A stretch of 56,040 bases of DNA. It comes from a virus. Taxonomy: Duplodnaviria; Caudoviricetes. The DNA is taken from IMG/VR virus record IMGVR_UViG_3300045256_000426, positions 1 to 56,040 of that record. One strand, given 5' to 3'. The notes under the pieces are model-generated. The model ran no database searches and was not told the origin of the DNA. It was given only the letters and a program-made list of their open reading frames with translations. Positions 28,040-37,353 of the stretch are shown here, in pieces (the stretch's first letter is position 1; each line of letters opens with the position of its first letter). Both the position numbers and the translations under genes were made by a program.

Positions 28040-28740
28040 TCATGTACGAAACGGTAATCTACAAGATCACACGATCAGACCTAACGACCCATAACGGCTA
28101 CCAATGGGTCATTGGGGAAACACGTGAATTTCCCGGTACTGGGGATCTCTGTGGGCCTGGGTATGCCTACGCCTACGAGAGCGCACAGCTGGCACTGCTC
28201 TTGAAATTCATTCACGTCGACTATGACCCCTACTGCCTACTCCGAGGTCGCGGGGTCATCGTCAAGCGGGATGGGCAACTCAAGGCGGGATGCTCGCGTC
28301 TTACGCTGCTAGAGAGGATTACCGTACCCGACATCACGCTGGAGCAGCGCGTAACCTTCGCGGTGTTGAGCGCCCGCGCTGTCCACACGGGGAATCGCTG
28401 GGCGTCCTGGGCGGAGAGGTGGCTCGATGGTACCGACCGCTCGGCGGAGTCGGCGGAAAAGATGGAGCGCGCGGTGGCGGCGTTGGTAAGGACTCGATGG
28501 ATGAAGGCGGCAACGCGGGCATGGGAGGCGGAGGCGGCACGGCGGGCAGCGGATTCGGCGAGGTGGGCAGCGGATTCGGCGCGGGCGGCGGAGCGGGGAG
28601 TCCAGGTGGCGGCGCGGGCAGCGCGGGCAGCGCAGGCGGCGGTGCATGCAGCGCAGGCGGCGGGGCGCTCGCTCAACCTCGCGGTGATCGCGCGGGAAGC
28701 GCTACTTCCGTGGGAGCCGGAAGGGGGAGGGAACTTCTGA
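28036..28740 (+). CDS. Hypothetical protein with Ala-rich repeat C-terminus
   Basis: YKIT...GYQW...LCGPG N-terminal domain; WAERWLDGTDRS followed by AARxA repeats. Confidence 0.7.
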   Translation: MIMYETVIYKITRSDLTTHNGYQWVIGETREFPGTGDLCGPGYAYAYESAQLALLLKFIHVDYDPYCLLRGRGVIVKRDGQLKAGCSRLTLLERITVPDITLEQRVTFAVLSARAVHTGNRWASWAERWLDGTDRSAESAEKMERAVAALVRTRWMKAATRAWEAEAARRAADSARWAADSARAAERGVQVAARAARAAQAAVHAAQAAGRSLNLAVIAREALLPWEPEGGGNF

Positions 28741-28814
28741 CATGGGAAGAACTAGAGTATTCGGATTTGGTGGAAGCGCGGGCAAGCGCTTGGGAGGAGG
28801 ATAACGGAGCATGA
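28737..28814 (+). CDS. 25-aa acidic peptide, probable CTG start
   Basis: GGAGG SD, CTGA overlap with the upstream stop, ATGA overlap with the downstream start. Confidence 0.4.
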   Translation: MTWEELEYSDLVEARASAWEEDNGA

Positions 28815-29053
28815 AGAAAAAGAAGAATACCACGCGTTCGTCTCCGAAGCTGGGCGCCGCGGTGAGAATCCTCGTAACCGCCGGAGGCTACGACCTTGCC
28901 GATGGGGAACGGTTTTCCCCTCCGATACCAGCCGGCACCATTGGTCGTTACGACGGACCGTACCCTGACCCCAAACTCGCTGCCGAAGATTGGCACGTCG
29001 TGAGGATCGGCAGTGTGGTGGTGCCGCTCCATCGGAATCACTTCGCCGTGTGA
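28811..29053 (+). CDS. Hypothetical protein
   Basis: GGAGG SD; 80 aa. Confidence 0.6.
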   Translation: MKKKKNTTRSSPKLGAAVRILVTAGGYDLADGERFSPPIPAGTIGRYDGPYPDPKLAAEDWHVVRIGSVVVPLHRNHFAV

Positions 29054-29131
29054 GCGCGGTGTACGCCTAGCGGGAGGCGGTGACCGTAAGTACCTATAAA
29101 TCCTAGCGAAAAGGGAGGACGAGCAGAGCAG

Positions 29132-29275
29132 ATGAACCTATCCCCATGCGCGTTGTGTGCGAACCGTATCGCCCATCTACACATCCCTACCAACACACCG
29201 ATCTCCGTGGAGGACGAGTACGAGGACTATTGGTTCGACCGACCGGAGTGGGATGAGGATGGAGGCAGCGAATAG
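29132..29275 (+). CDS. Small acidic protein (47 aa, not in ORF track)
   Basis: GGAGG SD; CALC...HLH then acidic tail. Confidence 0.45.
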   Translation: MNLSPCALCANRIAHLHIPTNTPISVEDEYEDYWFDRPEWDEDGGSE

Positions 29276-29279
29276 GGGG

Positions 29280-29936
29280 ATGCGAACGATCACGTTTGCC
29301 CCCCAGAAGAGGTTCTTCGAGGGTATCAACTACGGCTTCCAGTATAGCCTACTGGACCCGAAGTACGTGGCCTACCACGCGCCGGTCCAATGTAAGGACT
29401 TCCTGTCCGATGCGTTCTGGTCCGAGTACACCCGGACCGAGATAGTAGATGTCTACGGCTTCTCCTGGAAGCCAGGGACGTTGTCTCCTTTTCCTGCTCC
29501 CGTTTACCGACTGGGGATCATCTACAAGGAGCAGGACATGCAAGCGTGGGTCGGGCCCCTCGCCGCGTTCCTCAACGAATGGGAGAGGCGCTTGGGCTTC
29601 GCCGCGTCCGAGGTCGACCCCGCGAACGGCGGCAAGGCGACCGCTATTACGTTCTCTTGTGAGTGGACTCGAATGCCAATCTTGTTGTCGGCGTTCTTGT
29701 GCTTTGTCCGGTTGGGTGTGACATACGACCCGCGCATGTCGCTGGGGGACTACCTAGAGAACGCGAAGACTTCCCTCACAGGTGTTGATCTCGATTACCT
29801 CCGCGCCCCACAAGCGGTCCCCCGCGTCCAACGCCTTCTACGTGGTGATTCGAACTTTCGCCAGACGTGGACACAGTACACCGACGTCTACACTGTCCAC
29901 GGCTACTCCGGAATCCGCAATGCGGTGAACGTATGA
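29280..29936 (+). CDS. Hypothetical protein, possibly amidoligase-cluster associated
   Basis: CKDFLSDAFW and W..MP.LLS...FVRLG; upstream of the ligase cluster; family not certain. Confidence 0.6.
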   Translation: MRTITFAPQKRFFEGINYGFQYSLLDPKYVAYHAPVQCKDFLSDAFWSEYTRTEIVDVYGFSWKPGTLSPFPAPVYRLGIIYKEQDMQAWVGPLAAFLNEWERRLGFAASEVDPANGGKATAITFSCEWTRMPILLSAFLCFVRLGVTYDPRMSLGDYLENAKTSLTGVDLDYLRAPQAVPRVQRLLRGDSNFRQTWTQYTDVYTVHGYSGIRNAVNV

Positions 29937-30385
29937 TCAAGACGACAAGAAAGAAGAAACCGTTCGTCCCACCTTCGTGGTGGACGAACCTGCCGGATTG
30001 GGCACGGTGTTTGATCGTCTGGCGCAAGAGCTGCCAGCGCCATGCGCTAACCGCGCACGCCCTCGCCAGCCTATGCCAACGTCCAGTAAAGACGGTTCTC
30101 CAGGAGCTCATAGAGGCGCCAAACACACAAGTCTATTTCTGTTATACGATCCATGCTCCTGTCTGGCACGTCTACCGGAGTATGACCTTTCCCTACAAGA
30201 GTATGTTTGTAGACGAAGCGAAGTACCTCGCCCAGAAATACCCCAAGGCGGAGAGCATCGAAAACGGCGCACCATCTGCCCTAACCGCTCGTCTAACGTC
30301 CAGACAGATTGAGCTCCTACAACGGGTCGCAAAGGGGTACATGCCAACCAAGTTACGATGGATGAGGGATACACCGCAATGGTGA
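29933..30385 (+). CDS. Hypothetical protein
   Basis: ATGA overlap with the upstream gene. Confidence 0.6.
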   Translation: MIKTTRKKKPFVPPSWWTNLPDWARCLIVWRKSCQRHALTAHALASLCQRPVKTVLQELIEAPNTQVYFCYTIHAPVWHVYRSMTFPYKSMFVDEAKYLAQKYPKAESIENGAPSALTARLTSRQIELLQRVAKGYMPTKLRWMRDTPQW

Positions 30386-30675
30386 AACCGTACAAGCCGC
30401 CGCCACCACCGGCGGACGAGACTCCGTTCTGTCCAAAATGTCAGTCGGATCTCTGTGTAATCGAGGAGCCGGGCAAGGGCGTCTACATCTGTTACGATTG
30501 CAACGCCTTCCTCGACGCGAACGGGATGATGCTACCCGCTGCTTTGTTCTGGGGGATCGTGCGCGGGAAGTACAAGGCCCCGAAACGGGGAGGGATGATA
30601 CCTTCGCCTTCCCTCCCAGCCCACCCAACCCCAGGAGAATTGCGAGAAGTACAGACGATTGACTCGGGGTGGTAG
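30379..30675 (+). CDS. Zn-ribbon protein
   Basis: CPKC...CYDC. Confidence 0.65.
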   Translation: MVKPYKPPPPPADETPFCPKCQSDLCVIEEPGKGVYICYDCNAFLDANGMMLPAALFWGIVRGKYKAPKRGGMIPSPSLPAHPTPGELREVQTIDSGW

Positions 30676-30678
30676 GCG

Positions 30679-31389
30679 GTGGACACCTACGTCATTGTCG
30701 GAGTACTCGGTTTCCTTGGTGGTTTACTAGCTAGACTAGGGAAAGGAGGCGAAAGGAGAAAGAGAATGGCAACTCAATCCCACCCGAACACACAGGGGCT
30801 ATCGTTCTCGGGGTATGGTAAGTGTGCTCGGCAAAGCTGTCCCTACACGCACTACCTTTGCTCCCTGAACTACTGCGGACGGTGCTGTCGGGAGTTCCAT
30901 AAGGAAATCCCCGAGCACCAAAAAGGGAACTCCTTCCCTCCAACACCAGACCCGGCCCCTCTCGAACAGGACCCCGTCCGCTGCCCGGAAAGCATTTACG
31001 ATTCCGCATGGCGGCACCTCGAACATAGCTACCGTCACCACTGTAGGCTGGCACCGGGGCATTACGGTTGGCACAACTGCGACTGTACGTATAGCTGGCG
31101 TAGCGGACGGCCTGGCCGGGGGACGACACCGCCACCCGGACCCCCGCTATCTCACGAGGTTGTCGGCGATCCGACGTGCGGTGTGTGCCGCACCGCGCCC
31201 TACGATATTCCGTGCGCGAGGCACGCGAAGCCCAAGACCATGGACTCGCCGGCGCCGCCGACCCCGACTACGCTCAAACCGGCCACGACCATCGATTGGC
31301 CGTGGGAGTTCCAGACATCGTCCTATACCAACACAAGGGAGGAGGTGCTGAAAAGCCCGATCTTCGCTGACGCGGAAGCGAAGCTATAG
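30679..31389 (+). CDS. Cys/His-rich multi-Zn-finger protein (alternative start ATG 30766)
   Basis: Many C/H clusters including CRLAPGHYGWH; N-terminal TM if the GTG is used. Confidence 0.6.
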   Translation: MDTYVIVGVLGFLGGLLARLGKGGERRKRMATQSHPNTQGLSFSGYGKCARQSCPYTHYLCSLNYCGRCCREFHKEIPEHQKGNSFPPTPDPAPLEQDPVRCPESIYDSAWRHLEHSYRHHCRLAPGHYGWHNCDCTYSWRSGRPGRGTTPPPGPPLSHEVVGDPTCGVCRTAPYDIPCARHAKPKTMDSPAPPTPTTLKPATTIDWPWEFQTSSYTNTREEVLKSPIFADAEAKL

Positions 31390-31418
31390 AACGAACGAAC
31401 GAAAGGAGGAAAAGAAGC

Positions 31419-32414
31419 TTGTTGTTAGGAGCTGACCCTGAGTTGTTCTTTGTGGACAAAGACGGGCGGGCTGTCTCCGCCCATCGCCTGCTGCCGGACA
31501 AGACGAAGAAGCGGAAGGTCGGGGACTGCTCGGTCTTCCGCGACGGATACGCGGCTGAGATCAACGTACCCGCCGTTGGCTGCCGAGAGAGCCTAGCCTA
31601 CTTCGTCTTTGGTACCCACAAGTACCTACGGGATCTGGCGAGCAAACACGGCTACCGTCTCGCCACGACGCCGATGGTGCCCATCTCCCTCGCGGATCTT
31701 GCCGACGCCCCCGAGGACGTGCTCACGTTCGGCTGTGAGCCGTCATGGGATGCGTACACGGGCGACGTCAAGATCCCACCGCTCGACGGCCGCACCCATC
31801 CGTATCGCTACGCTGGGGGACACATGCACCTCGGCGAGCGCGAGCTCTACGCGCCCCTCTGGCTCCGAAAGGCCGAAGCGGTGCAGACGTACGTCCGCTG
31901 GTTGGATCTGTTCGTCGGTCTACCCCTCACCCTGTGGTTCGATCGCCCCGAGCTCTACGCCCGTCGGCAGTATTACGGGCAGGCCGGGGAATTCCGCTAC
32001 CAGACCTATCCGAACAATTACGTCGGCGTGGAATATCGCACGCCGGGCCCGGAGCTCTGGAACCATCCCGCTGTCGCATCGTTCGCGTTCGGCGTGATGC
32101 GCTATCTCTACCAGAACTTCGCGACGATGCCTGCCTGGGATCATGCGCTCGACGATGATCTACGGGATGCCATCAACAACGGGGGCTCGTGTGGTCCGCG
32201 TCTCCTACGGGAGTGCCCCTACTGGTATTCCCCGGACCAGATTCTTCACCTCGCCAAGACACGAACGTTCCCGTTCGAGTTCGTCGACTGGTCACCGTAT
32301 CTCCCGGGCCCGGGGGGTAAGGGCCTACCTGGTCGTACCTACCACGCCCACAAATACGGTTGGCGGAACTTGCTGGCCGACGTCGAAGCCAACAACGTCC
32401 TAGCCGCAGTGTAG
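31419..32414 (+). CDS. phiEco32-like COOH-NH2 ligase type 2 (glutamine synthetase-like fold)
   Basis: LGADPELF, DGYAAEIN, FGCEPS..AY, RYAGGHMHLG, RRQYYGQAGEFR, GVEYRT; TTG start after AGGAGG. Confidence 0.9.
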   Translation: MLLGADPELFFVDKDGRAVSAHRLLPDKTKKRKVGDCSVFRDGYAAEINVPAVGCRESLAYFVFGTHKYLRDLASKHGYRLATTPMVPISLADLADAPEDVLTFGCEPSWDAYTGDVKIPPLDGRTHPYRYAGGHMHLGERELYAPLWLRKAEAVQTYVRWLDLFVGLPLTLWFDRPELYARRQYYGQAGEFRYQTYPNNYVGVEYRTPGPELWNHPAVASFAFGVMRYLYQNFATMPAWDHALDDDLRDAINNGGSCGPRLLRECPYWYSPDQILHLAKTRTFPFEFVDWSPYLPGPGGKGLPGRTYHAHKYGWRNLLADVEANNVLAAV

Positions 32415-32433
32415 GGGAAAGGAGGCTACTACT

Positions 32434-33825
32434 ATCTGTGGCATAGCCGGATTCTTCGCCTGGGGCGATAGACGCCCCTCTGTACCGATCGTTCGTGCGC
32501 TCCTGCTCGCGCAACAGACTCGGGGTAAGGACGCCGCCGGGGTAGCATACCAGCCGACACCCGAGACCATCCGAGTTGTGAAGAACCGGGGGCCGGCCGA
32601 GGACCTTATCCGGTCGATCCCGGACGCCGAGTGGGAAGTCATCGCTAACAGCCCACGCGTACTCTTCCACGCGAGGGCCACCACGAAAGGAACGGAGGCC
32701 AAACCCGAAAACAACCATCCCGTCGTCGGCTACGACTGGGTCGTGACACACAACGGACACGTCAACAACGACGATGAGCTGTGGGATTACTACGGAGAGG
32801 AGCGGTTCGCGGAAGTAGATACGAGTGCGATCCCTCTCGTTCTCCACAAGGGCGGCGAGGGGGAAGGCAAAGACCTACTGTCGTCGCTGTCGTACCTGTC
32901 GATCTTATCCGGTTCTATCACCGTCGCGGTATGGAGCCAAAAGTACCTCGACCACATCGCCTTGGCGAGGCTCGGAAGTAACGATCTGTACCTGTTCCTC
33001 GACGAAGACATTCTGTACTGGTCGAGTGCGCCAGTCGCCGCTAGGATCATGCCCGGTACCACGTTGGGGAACCTGCGCTTCATCACCTGGGCCAAGCTTC
33101 CCGACAATCGCATCCTCCTCCTACGCCCGGACGAGCCGTTCGGGACCATGTACGAGGTAGACCGTCGCCCTTTCGTTCGCCGAAGTTGGTCTGTGAAATC
33201 GACTACGAATACGGGTGGGGTAGCTACTAGCTCCCCCTCTTCCCAACTGGCGCTTCCTCCAGCCCGTTCCAAGGGCGGAGCGTTAACGCTGGAGAAGCTG
33301 GCACCGAAGGAATATCCTGACCGGCCGCCGATGTCATTGCCGGCGGTCGACAAATTCAGCTGGAAAACTACCGACCTACTCGAAATCGGTAGGGGTTTGC
33401 GAAGCAGCAGTATCTCGAAGGCCACCGTGTTCTCGACGATGGGGCGGTGGATCTTCAACAAGACCAAAAGCAGCACAGAACCCGAGATTGTTCGGACCTT
33501 CAAGCCGTACAAGTCCGTCAAGAAGTTCCTGCGTCGGAACATCGGCCACGTTCCGGTCTTCCCGGTGATCCGATCACGGCCGGGTGATCCGGTAGAACCG
33601 GGTACGTCTGCGTTCTACGACAATCGAATGACGCTTATCGCGTTGCGATTCTCCGAGCCGCTCGACAGCGGCGGCGTATTCCAGACGATGGGCTATATCT
33701 GCCCGTGGTGTGGCGTATGGGGCCGTTATAACGTCTGGTCGGCAACGCAGTACCGCTGCGAGTTCTGCGGGATTCAGTCGAAGCACGAACCACCGAAGCC
33801 CAGTGGGGAAGGAGGGAAAGAATGA
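32434..33825 (+). CDS. Class II (Ntn) glutamine amidotransferase, ATC start
   Basis: ATC-TGT gives (M)CGIAGFF; RGKDAAG, HARATT, NNHP, HNGHVNN, VDT; C-terminal Zn ribbon CPWC...CEFC. Confidence 0.9.
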   Translation: MCGIAGFFAWGDRRPSVPIVRALLLAQQTRGKDAAGVAYQPTPETIRVVKNRGPAEDLIRSIPDAEWEVIANSPRVLFHARATTKGTEAKPENNHPVVGYDWVVTHNGHVNNDDELWDYYGEERFAEVDTSAIPLVLHKGGEGEGKDLLSSLSYLSILSGSITVAVWSQKYLDHIALARLGSNDLYLFLDEDILYWSSAPVAARIMPGTTLGNLRFITWAKLPDNRILLLRPDEPFGTMYEVDRRPFVRRSWSVKSTTNTGGVATSSPSSQLALPPARSKGGALTLEKLAPKEYPDRPPMSLPAVDKFSWKTTDLLEIGRGLRSSSISKATVFSTMGRWIFNKTKSSTEPEIVRTFKPYKSVKKFLRRNIGHVPVFPVIRSRPGDPVEPGTSAFYDNRMTLIALRFSEPLDSGGVFQTMGYICPWCGVWGRYNVWSATQYRCEFCGIQSKHEPPKPSGEGGKE

Positions 33826-34595
33826 CGTCGACGTCATCACTCCTGCCGCGACGTCCAATCACGGAGAAAGATCTCGACCCGATCATTCGGGCAATGGACG
33901 ACGGGAGGCTCACCCTCAGTAACATCGCAGAGCATCTGTACCAGTACGAAAAAGGCTGGAGCATCTACGCCGCGAAACTCGCCGAGGAGACCCGCGAACG
34001 GGTCTTCGGGTGGGCCGACTATCTAGCGGCATACGGGGGCCGCTCGTCCTCGGGCCAAGACTCGCGTTACTTCATAGCGTTTTGGACCACTACCTTTTCT
34101 CTCATTCCACGCGAGGAGTTCCCGAGATTTTTCCGGGATTACTGGAAGAAGCTTACTGTCGTCGCGTCGGTCCGGGAGATGAGCAGCAGAAACGTACGAG
34201 TATGTGCGGGGGTGTGCGCTTGCGGCAAGTATTGGGAGAACATACCGCAGCTAGCTGCTAAGAAGCAGCTGGACAAGAGTCATACGTGGAATCTATGGAC
34301 TAACCTCGACGAGCCCCCAGTAGAGCTATGCACACGGTTAGCGGCCAGTACGGGGTCGTCACTCGCTACCGCGAGCTTGTTTGCGCATATCCATGGCGTC
34401 TGTTCCATCTGCAAGTGGGCCTGTGCGTCGTGTGGTGCTTCGTTGCCTACCAGCGGTCCCGGGCTGGTTAGCGCCATTGTCGAGGATTTCTCGTGTCCTA
34501 TCTGCGCTAGCAACCGGCTAACGAAAGTACAGCCACCAAAGCCGAATCGGGCCGAGCTAAAAGTCTACCGCTCGAAGTTCACCGTCGTCCGCTAG
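33822..34595 (+). CDS. Cys-rich hypothetical protein inside the amidoligase cluster
   Basis: ATGA overlap; CACG, CSIC, CASCG, CPIC. Confidence 0.7.
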   Translation: MTSTSSLLPRRPITEKDLDPIIRAMDDGRLTLSNIAEHLYQYEKGWSIYAAKLAEETRERVFGWADYLAAYGGRSSSGQDSRYFIAFWTTTFSLIPREEFPRFFRDYWKKLTVVASVREMSSRNVRVCAGVCACGKYWENIPQLAAKKQLDKSHTWNLWTNLDEPPVELCTRLAASTGSSLATASLFAHIHGVCSICKWACASCGASLPTSGPGLVSAIVEDFSCPICASNRLTKVQPPKPNRAELKVYRSKFTVVR

Positions 34596-34622
34596 ACCGT
34601 ACCACGAAAGGAGGGGAACACT

Positions 34623-35675
34623 CTGTCCGATCCTAACGCTCCGTATCCCGTAAAGCTACACCGTCTTGGCAGTGACCCGGAGTGGGTGTTCGCGAGGATC
34701 AAGGAGTGGCAATACGCGGTCGTCCCGGCCAACCAGGTCATCACGCCGAACAAGGCGTTGGGATTGTCCACGTTCCTTGGGGTCGATGGACACGCAGCTA
34801 CCGCCGAGATCCGTCCGACGCCGTCGTATAACATTCGCCGGCATCTGTACGACATCGCCTACGGCCTCGTCACCACCGATGCCTATCTCCGCCGTTATCC
34901 CAAGTGGAAAGACGTACGGATGGTCGCGCTGCCGTACGTCGGACAGGAAGCACTCGGGGGCCATATCCATGCCACGCTCTTCGTCATGGACCCCACGATG
35001 TGGAAGCTCCAGCTAACCAACCGCGTCTACCTGCGGGACTTCGACATCTACAACCCCCAGGCGCCCACCACCCCGGCTAACCAATCCATCACCAACATGT
35101 GTGTCAAGCACCTCGAAGACATCAACGCGGAGAGGACCGTCACCCCAGATCTATTCGGGAGGGTCCTGAACTACCTCCTCGCCCCGTTCGAGCGGTGGAT
35201 TCAGCCGTGGCATTCACGAATCCGGCGCAATCACAACTACGGAACGGAAACCGGCGGGGATCTCATTCGGTACAGCTACCTCCCGCGCCCGGAGAGGATG
35301 CCGAAGTTCAACGATTGGGCGTACCTCCATTTCGAGTACCGCCTACCTTCGACTTGGCTCGCGAATCCTTGGCTCGCCTACGCCTACCTCGGCTTGGCAA
35401 AGTTCTCGCTCCTCAACTGGGACACCATCGTACCCCTCATCCGCGGAAGAGATACCAGCACCGACGTGCGAGCGGCTAGTTCGGAGCCAGACAATGGGCG
35501 TTTCTGGCAAATCTTCATCGACCGCTGGCGGGAAATTCGCGGAAAGCGGATGCTCGAAAGTGCCGATCTCCACGAGCTCGACACCGTCTTCGACTTCCTC
35601 CGTGACAGCCGCGAGCAGATCTTCGCGCCCTATGCCGGCATCCAAATCGATGCCTGGAGGAAACTGCTGGAATGA
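34623..35675 (+). CDS. Second COOH-NH2 ligase (amidoligase), CTG start
   Basis: LGSDPEWVF lies upstream of the annotated GTG; GVDG..ATAEIRP, LGGHIH, FEYRLPSTWL. Confidence 0.85.
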   Translation: MSDPNAPYPVKLHRLGSDPEWVFARIKEWQYAVVPANQVITPNKALGLSTFLGVDGHAATAEIRPTPSYNIRRHLYDIAYGLVTTDAYLRRYPKWKDVRMVALPYVGQEALGGHIHATLFVMDPTMWKLQLTNRVYLRDFDIYNPQAPTTPANQSITNMCVKHLEDINAERTVTPDLFGRVLNYLLAPFERWIQPWHSRIRRNHNYGTETGGDLIRYSYLPRPERMPKFNDWAYLHFEYRLPSTWLANPWLAYAYLGLAKFSLLNWDTIVPLIRGRDTSTDVRAASSEPDNGRFWQIFIDRWREIRGKRMLESADLHELDTVFDFLRDSREQIFAPYAGIQIDAWRKLLE

Positions 35676-36391
35676 TCTACGTGTTATGCCCCCGGCCTAG
35701 CTCGGGGGCGCGAGAACTCGTTGCTTGGCTGCGGGCGAACGGCAGCGAGGCCCGGAAGGTCCGCAGGATTCCGGCACTTCACGTCGGGGACCTGCTCGTC
35801 AACTGGGGCGTGTCGGGGATAGACGCTACTACCCTCGATCGGGCTGATGTGCTTAACCCCAACGTCTGCACGAACAAGTACCACCAGCTAGAAGCTCTCG
35901 CCGACGCCGGGGTGCCCGTACCCGAACATCGTCGTACCCGCCCCGAGTCTATGCAGGGATGGCTAGCTCGGAGGTTTTACCACCGCGAGGCCAGCGACCT
36001 TCTCGCCGAGCTTGACCACGGGGACTACTACGTCTGGTTCATCCCCGTCGAACGGGAGTTCCGTATCCATATCTTCAAGGGCAAAAGCATCCGGGCGGGT
36101 ATGAAGGTACCCCGTACCACTACTCCCCATCCCAACTTTCGATCGTGGGCTGCCGGTTGGAAGCTGTCCTATGGCTCCGACTGCCAAAGTTACATGCGCC
36201 AGTCCTTCCGGAATACCGCCAGGAGAGCCGTAGAGGCCCTAGGGCTGGACTTTGGCGCCGTGGACCTAGCGGTACGCGCCAACGGGGACATCGTCGTCTG
36301 GGAGGTCAACACGGCCCCTGGCCTCGAAGGGGGCACCATCGCCGCCTATGGGCGGCACATCCAGGAGGTAGATCGTAATGCGACGACCTAG
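35672..36391 (+). CDS. ATP-grasp ligase (RimK-like, phiEco32 type)
   Basis: VNWG, NKYHQ, EFRIHIF, LGLDFGAVD, VWEVNTAPGL. Confidence 0.9.
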   Translation: MIYVLCPRPSSGARELVAWLRANGSEARKVRRIPALHVGDLLVNWGVSGIDATTLDRADVLNPNVCTNKYHQLEALADAGVPVPEHRRTRPESMQGWLARRFYHREASDLLAELDHGDYYVWFIPVEREFRIHIFKGKSIRAGMKVPRTTTPHPNFRSWAAGWKLSYGSDCQSYMRQSFRNTARRAVEALGLDFGAVDLAVRANGDIVVWEVNTAPGLEGGTIAAYGRHIQEVDRNATT

Positions 36392-36506
36392 CAAAGACCT
36401 ACTGTACGCATTGATTCTGCTCGTCCTTGCTATCGTGGGCCCCCCTCTGCTCTCCCTGTACACGAAGTACGTCGACTGGTGGTTGGGGCGAGGGCACGGG
36501 TACTGA
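36378..36506 (+). CDS. Small membrane protein (42 aa, not in ORF track)
   Basis: AGGAGGT SD; one TM helix. Confidence 0.5.
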   Translation: MRRPSKDLLYALILLVLAIVGPPLLSLYTKYVDWWLGRGHGY

Positions 36507-36694
36507 TGCTGCCGCTGCTGTGCGCCACGATCGTATGGGTGTTCTTCAGTTACGCCAACGGGCACATCTACGGCCCGTACCCTACGTTCAACGATTGTGC
36601 CCAGGCACGGGAGCTCCTCGGGGCCATTGCCATCGGAGGGGTACCCGTAAAGCTAGGGCAGTGTCAGGCCCTGGACGTCGAGACTAGCCGGTAG
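36506..36694 (+). CDS. Small exported protein with two Cys
   Basis: TGATG coupling; GPYPTFNDC...C. Confidence 0.55.
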   Translation: MLPLLCATIVWVFFSYANGHIYGPYPTFNDCAQARELLGAIAIGGVPVKLGQCQALDVETSR

Positions 36695-36722
36695 TATACC
36701 ACAGGCGGGGGTTCCTTGTCAA
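36693..36722 (-). promoter_or_regulatory. Leftward sigma70 promoter, antisense to the amidoligase operon
   Basis: Minus strand TTGACA-18 nt-TATACT with extended -10 TGn. Confidence 0.65.
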
Positions 36723-36956
36723 GGGGAAAGAGGACCGTTCGGCCCCAGGCCTCGGGGGAAGACCCCTGGCCCGGATCGCCCTCTCTGCGGGCCAAGAAGG
36801 GCCCTAGAACGCGTTTTTTCGGGGAGGCCGCTACCCCCATAGCGGGATCTCTCCCTTTTGCGATCCTAGGGGCTCCTAGGCGGGTCCGCCGACTCCCGGC
36901 GTTCTGCGGCTTCTGGCCCCGAACTTTGCGCAAGTGGGCTGGACTTCCTTTTTCCC

Positions 36957-36986
36957 TTGACATCCCCCCTGTGCCTGTGTTATAAT
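36957..36986 (+). promoter_or_regulatory. Strong sigma70 promoter for the replication module
   Basis: TTGACA-18 nt-TATAAT with TGn. Confidence 0.85.
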
Positions 36987-37020
36987 AAGGGCACCTTCCG
37001 GGTGATATGATAGGGGAGAG

Positions 37021-37330
37021 GATACGTAGTACTACGTAGTACTCGTAGTACCACGTAGTATCCCGTAGTACCTTGTAGTACTACGTACCCTGTACCACGT
37101 GGTACTCGTAGTACCACGTAACTACGGAATACCACGTAACTACAGGAAACTACGGGCTCGTTTCTGTAGTAATGAACATCATGATATAGTGAACATAGTA
37201 TCTCCTACGTAGTACTACGTAGTACTCGTAGTACCACGTAACTACGGAATACCACGTAACTACAGGAAACTACGTAATACCACGGGTACCTAGAACGTAG
37301 CACCTCGTAGTAACTACGTACCCTGTGCTA
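37021..37330. repeat. Repeat array B (~10-bp period GTAGTAC units around an AT-rich core); candidate replication origin
   Basis: 53-bp direct repeat 37102-154/37222-274; AT-rich 37168-37202; lies upstream of primase and polymerase. Confidence 0.7.
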
Positions 37331-37353
37331 CGAGAGGAAGGAGCGAGAACCCT

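Noticed and set aside
34593-34625. TAG read-through or stop-codon recoding fusing 33822..34595 to ligase 2
   Set aside because: The two are in frame, but a strong SD plus CTG explains ligase 2, TAG ends many genes normally, and no suppressor tRNA is seen
37021-37330. CRISPR array (also considered for 21669-22717)
   Set aside because: No constant repeat with regularly sized unique spacers; the Cas4-like nuclease is an ordinary phage replication exonuclease
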